This document shows, piece by piece, positions 55,972-64,000 of a DNA stretch of 64,000 nucleotides (position 1 is the first letter of the stretch; each line of letters begins with the position of its first letter). Under the pieces are notes generated by a model. It was not told the origin of the DNA. It saw nothing but the letters and a program-made list of their open reading frames with translations, and did no database searches. Source of the stretch: a virus. The stretch lies in IMG/VR virus record IMGVR_UViG_3300044618_000713, positions 11,555 through 75,554 of that record, one strand, 5' to 3'. The position numbers were made by a program, and so were the translations under genes.

Positions 55972-56727
55972 ATGGCAATTGATCTGAAGAAACTGGAGCG
56001 CCCGAAAGGGCAACGCCCCATCATCGCAACGGTGTTCGGTGAGGGCGGAATGGGCAAATCAACCTTGGCTGCGATGTTCCCGAGGCCTGTCTTCATCCGC
56101 ACAGAAGACGGCACGGCATCCCTTGCTGGCAATGACGAGGTGATGCTTTTCCCGCTGGTCTCATCGAGCCAGGAAGTGCTTGACCAGATTGAAGCACTGG
56201 CAACGCAGGAGCATGACTTCAAGACGGTGGTGATTGATAGCATCACGCAGCTTGCCACGCTTATCGAGCATGAGATCGTCGCAGCCGATCCCAAGGCCAA
56301 GAGCATCAACCAAGCCGGTGGCGGTTACGGAGCGGGCTATAATACCGCTGCGGAGAAACACCGGCAGGTGCGGGAATGGGCTGGCGCACTGGCCTACGAA
56401 CGCGGAATGAACGTGGTCTTTATCGGCCACGCTGACACCGAAACGCTCGATCTGCCCGACTTCGATCCGTTCGCCAGATACACGGTGCGGATGCACAAGA
56501 AGTCACTGCCGCATTACACCGACAACGTAGACCTCGTGGGCCTGATCCGGCTCAAGACCTACGTCCGAGGTGATGGCGACAAGAAGCGGGCGATCAGCAC
56601 AGGCGACCGGGAAATCATTTGCTTCCCGCAAGCCTCGAGCGTGACGAAGAACCGTTTCAACATCACCCAGCCGCTGCCGTTCACGTTCGAGAGCGGGAAC
56701 CCTTTTGAAGCATTTGTAGCAAAGTAG
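55972..56727 (+). CDS. AAA_24/Sak4-like ATPase
   Basis: GEGGMGKST, VIDS, GGYGAGY, IGH, KNR. Confidence 0.85.
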   Translation: MAIDLKKLERPKGQRPIIATVFGEGGMGKSTLAAMFPRPVFIRTEDGTASLAGNDEVMLFPLVSSSQEVLDQIEALATQEHDFKTVVIDSITQLATLIEHEIVAADPKAKSINQAGGGYGAGYNTAAEKHRQVREWAGALAYERGMNVVFIGHADTETLDLPDFDPFARYTVRMHKKSLPHYTDNVDLVGLIRLKTYVRGDGDKKRAISTGDREIICFPQASSVTKNRFNITQPLPFTFESGNPFEAFVAK

Positions 56728-56736
56728 GAGAAGAGA

Positions 56737-57189
56737 ATGCGACTGAATGGATTTGATGCGAATGTCGTGGAGCCGAGTGCACCGCGCGAAACGATCCCGG
56801 CTGGCAAGTACAAGTCTGTGATCACCAAGAGCGAGGAGCGCCCCACCAAGGCACAGACCGGCTCGATGCTGGTGCTCACCTGCCAGATCATCGAAGGGCC
56901 GCACCAAGGCGTGAGCCTGATGGACCGGCTCAACCTCAACAATCCCAACAAGACTGCCGAGGAGATCGCCCAGCGCACGCTCTCGGCCATCTGCCGGTCG
57001 GTTGGCGTCATGATGCCAAACGAAAGTTCAGACCTCCACGACAAGCCGATGATGATTACGGTGAAGGTCAAGCCCGCAGAGGGCAACTATCAGGCATCGA
57101 ATGAGATTGCCGGATATGAGCCGTGTGAAGGCGGCGCACCGGCTGCTGCACCTGCGGCGGCTGCAACGCCACCTTGGAAGAAGAAGTAA
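56737..57189 (+). CDS. DUF669-like ssDNA-binding protein
   Basis: IPAGKY, RLNL.N.N..A..IA, PPWKK tail. Confidence 0.8.
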   Translation: MRLNGFDANVVEPSAPRETIPAGKYKSVITKSEERPTKAQTGSMLVLTCQIIEGPHQGVSLMDRLNLNNPNKTAEEIAQRTLSAICRSVGVMMPNESSDLHDKPMMITVKVKPAEGNYQASNEIAGYEPCEGGAPAAAPAAAATPPWKKK

Positions 57190-57245
57190 GGCGAAGCGGG
57201 GCGGCTCTCATTGGTCGCCCCATAACCATATAAGGAGAAATTGAA

Positions 57246-57644
57246 ATGGGCCCAATTAGCAAAACAAAGTCAGGCAAACAAAGGCTTAACTATGATGTTG
57301 ATTTTATGTCAAACGATGAATACAAAAAAATGATTGAAAAATTTTTTCTACCGCATTGTTTTGATGTAAACAAATCTCCAATGGATGTTATTATTGATGC
57401 TTTTGCTACAACTTACGAACACGCCACAGCTTGGCTGTGGATAGAAAAGCAAGATGGAATTGAATTAGAAATTGCTTTTCATCCTGATTTTCCAAGCGTT
57501 CATTTTGACCTTTTCGATGTTATAGAAAGTGCTTGTGATTTCGATCCAGAACTGAACGATCAAAGCGTAGAAAACATAAACAAAATTATTTTATCTTTAG
57601 AAGAGCTTCGTGAGCGTATTGAGAAGAAAAAGTTTAATTTATGA
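57246..57644 (+). CDS. AT-rich hypothetical (moron-like)
   Basis: TAAGGAG RBS; markedly lower GC than the flanks. Confidence 0.6.
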   Translation: MGPISKTKSGKQRLNYDVDFMSNDEYKKMIEKFFLPHCFDVNKSPMDVIIDAFATTYEHATAWLWIEKQDGIELEIAFHPDFPSVHFDLFDVIESACDFDPELNDQSVENINKIILSLEELRERIEKKKFNL

Positions 57645-58111
57645 CCACCGACACCTATGCAATCGAACGCTTCATGAAGCAGCAGCTAGACGGCAACTTC
57701 TGGAGTTTTGATGTCGAAGGCCGCATCGTCTGGAACGATGTTGACGTTGACTATATGCCGCAATTCAAACGCTACACATGGACCGATAGTGAAGAAGATC
57801 GGCCAAAGACGCAAATGGTTCGCCGCGATTGGTCGATGGATGACTTCCGGCGGATCGAGAAGCTGCGGATCAAGAGGCGATTCTGGAATCAAATTGCCAA
57901 GAACTTCGGCGCAAGCGAAACGGCTACGAGCGACTTCTACAAGCGTGTCATTGCCCAGCAAAATGAGAACATGACGAAAGAAGTAACAATCAGGCGGATG
58001 AAGATCATCAAGTGGATGCACGACGAAGGCTGCAATGCAAAAGCAATTAGCATGTTTATGCACTATGATCGAAGGATGATCGAGAGCATTACCGGGAGCG
58101 AAGACGAATGA
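57641..58111 (+). CDS. Hypothetical protein with HTH-like segments
   Basis: Coupled ORF. Confidence 0.55.
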   Translation: MTTDTYAIERFMKQQLDGNFWSFDVEGRIVWNDVDVDYMPQFKRYTWTDSEEDRPKTQMVRRDWSMDDFRRIEKLRIKRRFWNQIAKNFGASETATSDFYKRVIAQQNENMTKEVTIRRMKIIKWMHDEGCNAKAISMFMHYDRRMIESITGSEDE

Positions 58112-59037
58112 AACTAGATATGACATCTCCAATCGTAAAGGCGATCTATCAGCGATACGAAGACAACCGCCGCAACGCACACAGGCCGCATCTTGGCGGG
58201 TCGCAGATCGGCAACACTTGCGCCCGTGCACTCTGGTATCAGTTCCGGTGGACCTATACCGAGAAGCACGAAGGCCGCATCTTGCGCCTCTTCGAGACTG
58301 GCGAACGCGAGGAACTGCGAGTGATCCAGAATCTACGAGCCGCCGGTTGCACCGTCTGGGATCGCGATCCGGCAACAGGCCAGCAGTTCCGATATACGGG
58401 GGTCGGTGGGCATTTCGCCTTGAGCCTGGACGGAGTTGTCGAGGGCTTGCCGGAAAGTTCCAAGGTCCACACGCTCGAAGTGAAGACCATGAGCGAGAAG
58501 TATTTCAAGGTGCTTTGCAACCTCGGCGTCGAGAAGGCGAAGCCGGTCTACTATGCACAGTGCCAGATCGGAATGCACTTGAGCGGGCTGGATCGCTGCC
58601 TGTTTATTTCGGTCAACAAGAACACCGACGAGATTTATGCGGAGAGGTTGAAGGTTGATCATGCCTTTGCAGAGGGGCTTATTGAGAAGGCCAGAGCGAT
58701 CATATCGACCGAACGGCCACCGCTGGGCATCAGCAATGATCCGGCATGGTTCGAGTGCAAGTTCTGTCCGTATCATTCGATATGCCACGGAGACGGTGCA
58801 GCGGAACTGAACTGCCGCACATGCGCCTTCTCGACGGCAGAGGCTGAAGGCTGGTCATGCGCCAGGCACAAGAAGGCACTCGATGAGATCGACCAGCGCA
58901 GCGGCTGCGGTGATCACATATACAATCCGGCACTGGTGAAGTTGCCGGTGCATGACACCGGAGAAGACTGGATCGATTACATCAACGAAGACGGCGAGAT
59001 CGTGAGGAACAAGGGAAGGGAGTTTTATAATGGGTGA
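58108..59037 (+). CDS. Cas4-like/YqaJ-like exonuclease
   Basis: HLGGS.IG..C.R.LWY, LDG, EVKT, Y.Q.Q, CKFC, NCRTC. Confidence 0.85.
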   Translation: MKLDMTSPIVKAIYQRYEDNRRNAHRPHLGGSQIGNTCARALWYQFRWTYTEKHEGRILRLFETGEREELRVIQNLRAAGCTVWDRDPATGQQFRYTGVGGHFALSLDGVVEGLPESSKVHTLEVKTMSEKYFKVLCNLGVEKAKPVYYAQCQIGMHLSGLDRCLFISVNKNTDEIYAERLKVDHAFAEGLIEKARAIISTERPPLGISNDPAWFECKFCPYHSICHGDGAAELNCRTCAFSTAEAEGWSCARHKKALDEIDQRSGCGDHIYNPALVKLPVHDTGEDWIDYINEDGEIVRNKGREFYNG

Positions 59038-59566
59038 GCGCCCGTCTGAATACACACGAGATGAAAACGATTGGTATGTAGAACCATCTTGGTGCATTGA
59101 CGCCTTGAGATTGAGCGTTCAATTCAAAGGCTCGATCCATGATCCATGCTGCGGCATGGGAACGATTCCGAATATGCTAGGTGCAACCGGAGCCGATTTG
59201 ATTGATCGTGGATATGGCTATGAGAACCAAGACTTTATGAGCGATCTTCGTGCATATGATAATATTGTAACCAATCCGCCGTATGGAATTGCACAATCAG
59301 TAATTGAACACGCCTTGAAGATCACGAAACACAAGGTTGCCGCACTTGTTCAGACAAAATTCCTCGCATCTCAAAGGCGGCATAGTTTGTTCCATCGCCG
59401 CGAGATGCAGAAAGTGATCATGTTTAGCCGTAGACCTTCTATGCCTCCAGGCGAAATGCTGCGCACGCATGGCGAATCTATTCGCGGTGGTGGGTCTATA
59501 GATTTCTGCTGGTGTGTTTGGGATCAAGATCATATCGGCTCAACAACGATTGAGTGGGCTATCTAA
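59030..59566 (+). CDS. Amino (N6A/N4C) DNA methyltransferase
   Basis: DPCCG.G and TNPPY motifs. Confidence 0.8.
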   Translation: MGERPSEYTRDENDWYVEPSWCIDALRLSVQFKGSIHDPCCGMGTIPNMLGATGADLIDRGYGYENQDFMSDLRAYDNIVTNPPYGIAQSVIEHALKITKHKVAALVQTKFLASQRRHSLFHRREMQKVIMFSRRPSMPPGEMLRTHGESIRGGGSIDFCWCVWDQDHIGSTTIEWAI

Positions 59567-61191
59567 TGCTAGAACTTCGCCCCTATCAACGCGCTGCCAT
59601 TGATGGCCTATATAATTATTGGTCAGACAAGAAGGGCGACAATCCGATCATCGTCGCACCGACTGGCTCGGGCAAGAGCCTGATCATCGCGCATCTTATC
59701 AAGGATGCGATGAGTTATCCCGGCACGCGCGTTCTGATCTTGACGCATGTCAAGGAGTTGCTGGAGCAGAACGCCAGCGAGTTGGTGGCGCTTTATCCCG
59801 AGGCAGATGTTGGCTTCTACAGCGCCAGCCTCAAGAAGAAAGTTCTGAGGAAGCCGATCACATTCGCGGGCATTCAGTCGATCCACAAGAAGGCCTATCA
59901 GATGGTGCCAGCGCCTGATCTGGTGATCGTAGACGAGGCGCATCTGATCCCGAAGAACTACGGCACACGCTACAACAAGTTCCTCTCGGACCTTCGCATA
60001 TGCAATCGCGGTGTTAAGGTGGTCGGTCTTACGGCAACGCCATACCGGCTGGATAGTGGCTGGCTGCACGAAGGCGACAACGCGATCTTCGATGGCATCG
60101 CATATGATATTCCGGTTGCTGATCTCATGGAGCAGGGCTTCCTGGCCCCAGTGATTAGCAAGAGCGGTGTCAAGACTATAGACCTCTCGAACGTCGGCAA
60201 ACGTGGCGGGGAGTATATCGAGAGCGAACTAGCCAAGGCTGCATCTGATCCGGAATTGGTAACAGAAACGGTTGCAGAAATCGTGCGCTATGGTGCGGAG
60301 CGCAAGGCGTGGCTAGTCTTCGCTTGCGGTGTCAATCACGCCGAGTTGCTCCGCGCCGAGTTCGAGACGCACGGCATCGAGGCGGATGTCGTGACTGGTT
60401 CCGATGGCATGAGCGCACGCGCCGACAAGATCGAGCGGTTCCGACGTGGCGGCAGCAAGTGCCTGATCAATGTTAACGTGCTGACCACGGGCTTCAATGT
60501 CCCGCATGTCGATCTCGTGGCAATCGTAAGGGCTACCGAAAGCACCGGCCTGTACATCCAGATTGTCGGGCGCGGCACACGCATTGCGCCGGGGAAAGAC
60601 AACTGCCTGGTGCTGGACTACGGCGACAACGTGATGCGCCACGGCTTCATTGATCAGATCAAGCCAAAGATTAAAGGCAAATCGGAAAACGGCGAAGCGC
60701 CCGTCAAGAAATGCCCGGAATGTTTGACTGTCAATCATGCCGCCGTTAGAGTGTGCATTGAGTGCGGCCACGAATTCCCGCCTCCGCAGTTCAACCACGG
60801 AACGAAGGCATATTCTGGCGCGATGATCTCCACACAGGTAGAAGCCGAATGGGTTGACGTTGACGATGTTGGCTATTCCCGCTGGCGCAAGGAAGGCAAG
60901 CCGGATAGCGTTCGTGTCACCTATTATTGCGGCCTGATCAAAGTCTCCGAGTGGCTATGCCCTGATCACGGAGGCTATGCTGCGGAGCGATACCAGAAGC
61001 GGATGCCATCGCTAGGCGCGTCTGCCATGACCACAGAAGACGCCATGCAAGAGTGCGACCACTGGATCAAGCCGCGCAGGATAAAGGTGAAGCCGAATGA
61101 CAAGTTCCACGACATTGTACAACTCGACTATAGCCAGCCCAAGCGCCTCACCGCCGCAGAGTTGGCAGAACTACAAGAGCCGCTGTTCTGA
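59566..61191 (+). CDS. SF2 helicase (RadD/YejH-like) with Zn finger
   Basis: PTGSGKS, DEAH, TATP, LTTGF, GRG.R, CPEC...C..CG. Confidence 0.9.
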   Translation: MLELRPYQRAAIDGLYNYWSDKKGDNPIIVAPTGSGKSLIIAHLIKDAMSYPGTRVLILTHVKELLEQNASELVALYPEADVGFYSASLKKKVLRKPITFAGIQSIHKKAYQMVPAPDLVIVDEAHLIPKNYGTRYNKFLSDLRICNRGVKVVGLTATPYRLDSGWLHEGDNAIFDGIAYDIPVADLMEQGFLAPVISKSGVKTIDLSNVGKRGGEYIESELAKAASDPELVTETVAEIVRYGAERKAWLVFACGVNHAELLRAEFETHGIEADVVTGSDGMSARADKIERFRRGGSKCLINVNVLTTGFNVPHVDLVAIVRATESTGLYIQIVGRGTRIAPGKDNCLVLDYGDNVMRHGFIDQIKPKIKGKSENGEAPVKKCPECLTVNHAAVRVCIECGHEFPPPQFNHGTKAYSGAMISTQVEAEWVDVDDVGYSRWRKEGKPDSVRVTYYCGLIKVSEWLCPDHGGYAAERYQKRMPSLGASAMTTEDAMQECDHWIKPRRIKVKPNDKFHDIVQLDYSQPKRLTAAELAELQEPLF

Positions 61192-61271
61192 TTGCGTGAG
61201 CCTGTACGATGCTCGATATTGCACTCATTGGCGTGACGTTGTACCTGATGACGTACAGAAAGAAGGCTGCG

Positions 61272-61643
61272 ATGCGTTTAACGGTTTCCCTCCCTTCTGA
61301 ACACGAAGAACAAGCCGGATTCGTGAAATGGTTTCGCGCCAAATGGCCTCGTGTATTGATCTTTGCAATACCGAACGGCGGCAAGCGTAACATCTCGACG
61401 GCAAAGAAGCTGAAGGCCGAAGGCGTTGTTCCTGGCGTGCCAGACTTGTTCATCCCGGCATGGGGAATCTGGATCGAGATGAAGCGCCAGAAGGGTGGAC
61501 GAACTTCATCGGATCAAGACGGCATGATTTCATACTTGGAAAGCATTGGCCATCACGTTATTGTTGGCTATGGTGCAACCGATGCCAGTGACAAGCTGCT
61601 GTCTTTGTTGAATATGAGCGGGGCGGCGACTAAAGGAGGATAG
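61272..61643 (+). CDS. VRR-NUC nuclease
   Basis: SEHEEQ, FAIPNGG, GVPDL, IEMK. Confidence 0.82.
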   Translation: MRLTVSLPSEHEEQAGFVKWFRAKWPRVLIFAIPNGGKRNISTAKKLKAEGVVPGVPDLFIPAWGIWIEMKRQKGGRTSSDQDGMISYLESIGHHVIVGYGATDASDKLLSLLNMSGAATKGG

Positions 61644-61742
61644 CCACCGCCCCTAGCATCCGTTGGAGCAAACCGGATGCTTACATTAACGATTGATTGA
61701 GAACTATAGTCTAGGCTTGCCATAGTTTCAAGGAGGAACATC

Positions 61743-61955
61743 ATGGCCAAATATGAATACGATGCCACACAAGAGCAGTGGCTTCATGGCGATCCGGGCG
61801 TGCTGTCCGGTTCAGTGGCCGCTGCTGATCAGCGGTATGCCAAGTCTGCCCAGATCAGGGAGAGCTGTGCCCCTCGGCTCTCCCTGACAGACTGGCTGAT
61901 CTGCGGTCCAATCATGGTCGGTCTTGGCTTCCTCATAGGAGTGTACTGGCCGTGA
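61743..61955 (+). CDS. Small membrane-anchored protein
   Basis: AGGAGG RBS; C-terminal TM segment. Confidence 0.55.
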   Translation: MAKYEYDATQEQWLHGDPGVLSGSVAAADQRYAKSAQIRESCAPRLSLTDWLICGPIMVGLGFLIGVYWP

Positions 61956-62347
61956 TGAGGTATCTTGTTTTGATCGCCGCAATGACGGCTGGAAGTGTCT
62001 TGGCTTATGCTTCGGATGCGACTCGATTGGTTACATCGGAGGCAAGACGGCAAGGCGTGCCGGTCGGGTTCGCCTTGAAGATGGCAAAGATCGAGAGCGG
62101 TGTTCAATGCCACAACCACAACAAGCGAAGCAGTGCATCCGGTCCATTGCAGGTGCTGCGTGGCACAGCGAGGGCTATGGGCTACCGTGGTGACATCCGG
62201 CGCGCATCATGCGCTACGCAAACGCATTATGGCATGAAACACTTGGCTATGTGCTGGCGCGGAGCACGAGGCAATGCGGCCTTGGCGAAACGATGCCACC
62301 AGGTTGGCGTGTCTGTGTTGTACGGCAAAAAGAAGAGGAGGCGTTGA
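61952..62347 (+). CDS. Exported lytic transglycosylase (SLT-like)
   Basis: Signal peptide; IESG catalytic Glu, ASGPLQV..TA..MG, YGMKHL. Confidence 0.78.
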   Translation: MMRYLVLIAAMTAGSVLAYASDATRLVTSEARRQGVPVGFALKMAKIESGVQCHNHNKRSSASGPLQVLRGTARAMGYRGDIRRASCATQTHYGMKHLAMCWRGARGNAALAKRCHQVGVSVLYGKKKRRR

Positions 62348-62756
62348 TGACCAGAGAACCTGATCTTGAAACCGTCAATCGCGCATTGGGCGAGACGGTG
62401 AGGAAATTGCAGAAAGAGTTGGCTGATGCTGACAGAAGAATCCGGCGGCTTCGAGAGGAGTTGGCAGAGGCACATCGAGCAGCGGCACTAGCATCTGGGA
62501 GGGATTGGTGAGTGAAGTAATGGATGATGATCAATTTGCCCACATGCTCAAGCTCTCAACCGTTTACATCTCAGTGCTCAAGAGCCGATGTCTGTTTGAT
62601 GATCTGCGGGAGATGGACAGTTCAGAAGAATACAATGCCTTGAACTGTCTGGAGATCGTGGCCGATACTTTCGTGGAAATGCAACGCAGACTGAGCGCGA
62701 AACCGAAGTTTAGGGTCAAAGCCCGCGCCGCACGCTCAGGAGACAAGGATGAGTGA
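62347..62756 (+). CDS. Two small hypothetical genes (62347-62511, ~62505-62756)
   Basis: Coupled ORFs; the first is coiled-coil. Confidence 0.5.
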
Positions 62757-63126
62757 TATTGTGGAGAGGCTGAGAGCATCATACGAATTCAATGGCGTAG
62801 AAATGCTGGAGACAGCCGCCGACACCATCATTCGCCTCACCGCAGAGAATGATCTTTTGGCGAATGACCGCGATGGCTACGTCCAGTTGCTGACTGATCA
62901 AAATACCCGCCTCACCGCAGAGGTGGAGAGGCTGCGGGCTTATGCATTAAAAGCGTTCACCGTTGTTGAGTTCTGTTGTGGAGAGGGTTTTTTATTGTCC
63001 TATCCGCACTACGATTGTGATGATCTGATTATGGAGGGTGTTGACTTGCTGAAGGTTGAAAGCTCCGAAGAAGCCCGCGCCGCACTTGGTTTTACGCCAT
63101 TACATAAGGAGACAAGCAATGATTGA
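62749..63126 (+). CDS. MSDIVERL family protein
   Basis: Paralog of 25556-25816. Confidence 0.65.
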   Translation: MSDIVERLRASYEFNGVEMLETAADTIIRLTAENDLLANDRDGYVQLLTDQNTRLTAEVERLRAYALKAFTVVEFCCGEGFLLSYPHYDCDDLIMEGVDLLKVESSEEARAALGFTPLHKETSND

Positions 63127-63457
63127 ACTCGGTAAGCATTACAAGACTAGGGATGGCCGCGAGGTTCGCATCTATGCGGTGGATGGAAGCGGCTCTGTTC
63201 CTGTGCATGGTGCAATCAAGAACACCTACGGTTGGGAGCCATACCAATGGATTAAGGATGGAAGGTCATACCTGAAGGATGGACCCGAAGACCTCATTGA
63301 GGTGAAGCCCCGCATCCAGCGTGAGGTGTGGATCAATGTGTATCCTCAGTGCGCCAATCTTCACGGAAGCAAAAATGAGGCAAACTCAGTTTATGCACCG
63401 CACCGCATCGCCTGTGTGAAGGTGATCATTGATTGTGAAAAGGGGGAAGGACTGTGA
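63119..63457 (+). CDS. Hypothetical (YKTRDGR family)
   Basis: AAGGAG RBS; MIELGKHYKTRDGREVRIYAVDG. Confidence 0.65.
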   Translation: MIELGKHYKTRDGREVRIYAVDGSGSVPVHGAIKNTYGWEPYQWIKDGRSYLKDGPEDLIEVKPRIQREVWINVYPQCANLHGSKNEANSVYAPHRIACVKVIIDCEKGEGL

Positions 63458-63660
63458 TTAAGCCTGAGCAGATACCTGATGAGGTGGTGAAGGAGGCTTT
63501 ATGGGCTTACAACTACGCATCCAGAGATTGTTACACGACAGAAGAACAGGACATTGCTATCGCCATCGCCGCCGCTATCAATGCGTGGCCGGGGATAGAA
63601 ATCCACACTGACGGCACTGAGGACTGGATTGAACTGATTTTGCCGCAGGAGACGCCGTGA
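63454..63660 (+). CDS. QIPDE/NAWP family protein
   Basis: Near-identical to 26023-26232. Confidence 0.7.
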   Translation: MIKPEQIPDEVVKEALWAYNYASRDCYTTEEQDIAIAIAAAINAWPGIEIHTDGTEDWIELILPQETP

Positions 63661-63893
63661 GACGTTTTCGCCACATGCCCATCCCGCAGCACGCGCACCC
63701 TCTAGTGCGGCAACTGTACGCAGAGATGAACCGCCAGCGGATCGGCGTCACCGACATGGCCGAGCGGACGGGCATCGCAAGAAACACGTTCAAGGGCTGG
63801 CGAACGCGGCACTGCCCCCGCGTTGCGGAACTGGAGGCATGCTATAACGTCCTTGGACTAAGGCTGACTGTAAAGGAGGTAAGAGATGACTGA
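63657..63893 (+). CDS. XRE HTH protein
   Basis: DMAERTGIARNT..GW...P....LEAC.NVLG. Confidence 0.75.
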   Translation: MRRFRHMPIPQHAHPLVRQLYAEMNRQRIGVTDMAERTGIARNTFKGWRTRHCPRVAELEACYNVLGLRLTVKEVRDD

Positions 63894-64000
63894 CATCATA
63901 GACGAACGCGAGAAGACACACGGCGATTATTATCAAGTGTCTATGATGGCACAGGAACTGAAGGACGCCATGCGGCGCGGCAAGAAATGGAGAATACTAG
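63886..64000 (+). CDS. DUF6378-like gene copy 2 (partial), containing direct repeat copy 2 (63899-64000)
   Basis: Identical to 26502-26603. Confidence 0.9.
   Translation, partial: MTDIIDEREKTHGDYYQVSMMAQELKDAMRRGKKWRIL

Larger units (their letters stand above)
26489..63885. mobile_element. Phage B: apparently complete ~37.4 kb HK97-type siphophage genome
   Basis: Full terS-terL-portal-protease-capsid-neck-tail-TMP-lysis set plus replication module, bounded by a direct repeat at offset 37,397. Confidence 0.85.

Noticed and set aside
61618-61682. Two adjacent hairpins as a tRNA or ncRNA
   Set aside because: No cloverleaf, T-loop or CCA; function unsupported

Overview
The window is entirely tailed-phage DNA with no host genes, integrase, tRNA, rRNA or CRISPR that I could see. 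It reads as two unrelated phage genomes joined together. Phage A (1 to ~26.5 kb, partial) has a P22-like head module: coat, scaffold, portal, terminase, a beta-helix spike and a head fibre. It also has an early region with repeated intergenic hairpins and a replication module (primase, family A polymerase, Cas4-like nuclease, SNF2 helicase, C5 methyltransferase). Phage B (~26.5-63.9 kb, ~37.4 kb, apparently complete) is an HK97-head siphophage with GTA-like head spike and tail genes, a lysis cassette, three methyltransferase-like genes and a primpol/Sak4/SSB/Cas4/helicase module. Phage B is bounded by a direct repeat in a DUF6378-like gene (26502-26603 = 63899-64000, running off the window). 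The join is therefore either an assembly chimera or a true phage-phage cointegrate. The two phages share a head-fibre gene and a syntenic array of small genes with conserved junctions, which suggests a common, probably alphaproteobacterial, host. The most notable item is phage A's C5 methyltransferase. A second protein is overprinted in its +1 frame; it supplies the missing motif IX and carries four tandem GWxTPxxxD modules, a candidate modular multi-specificity system. Family assignments come from motif recognition by eye, not database searches.
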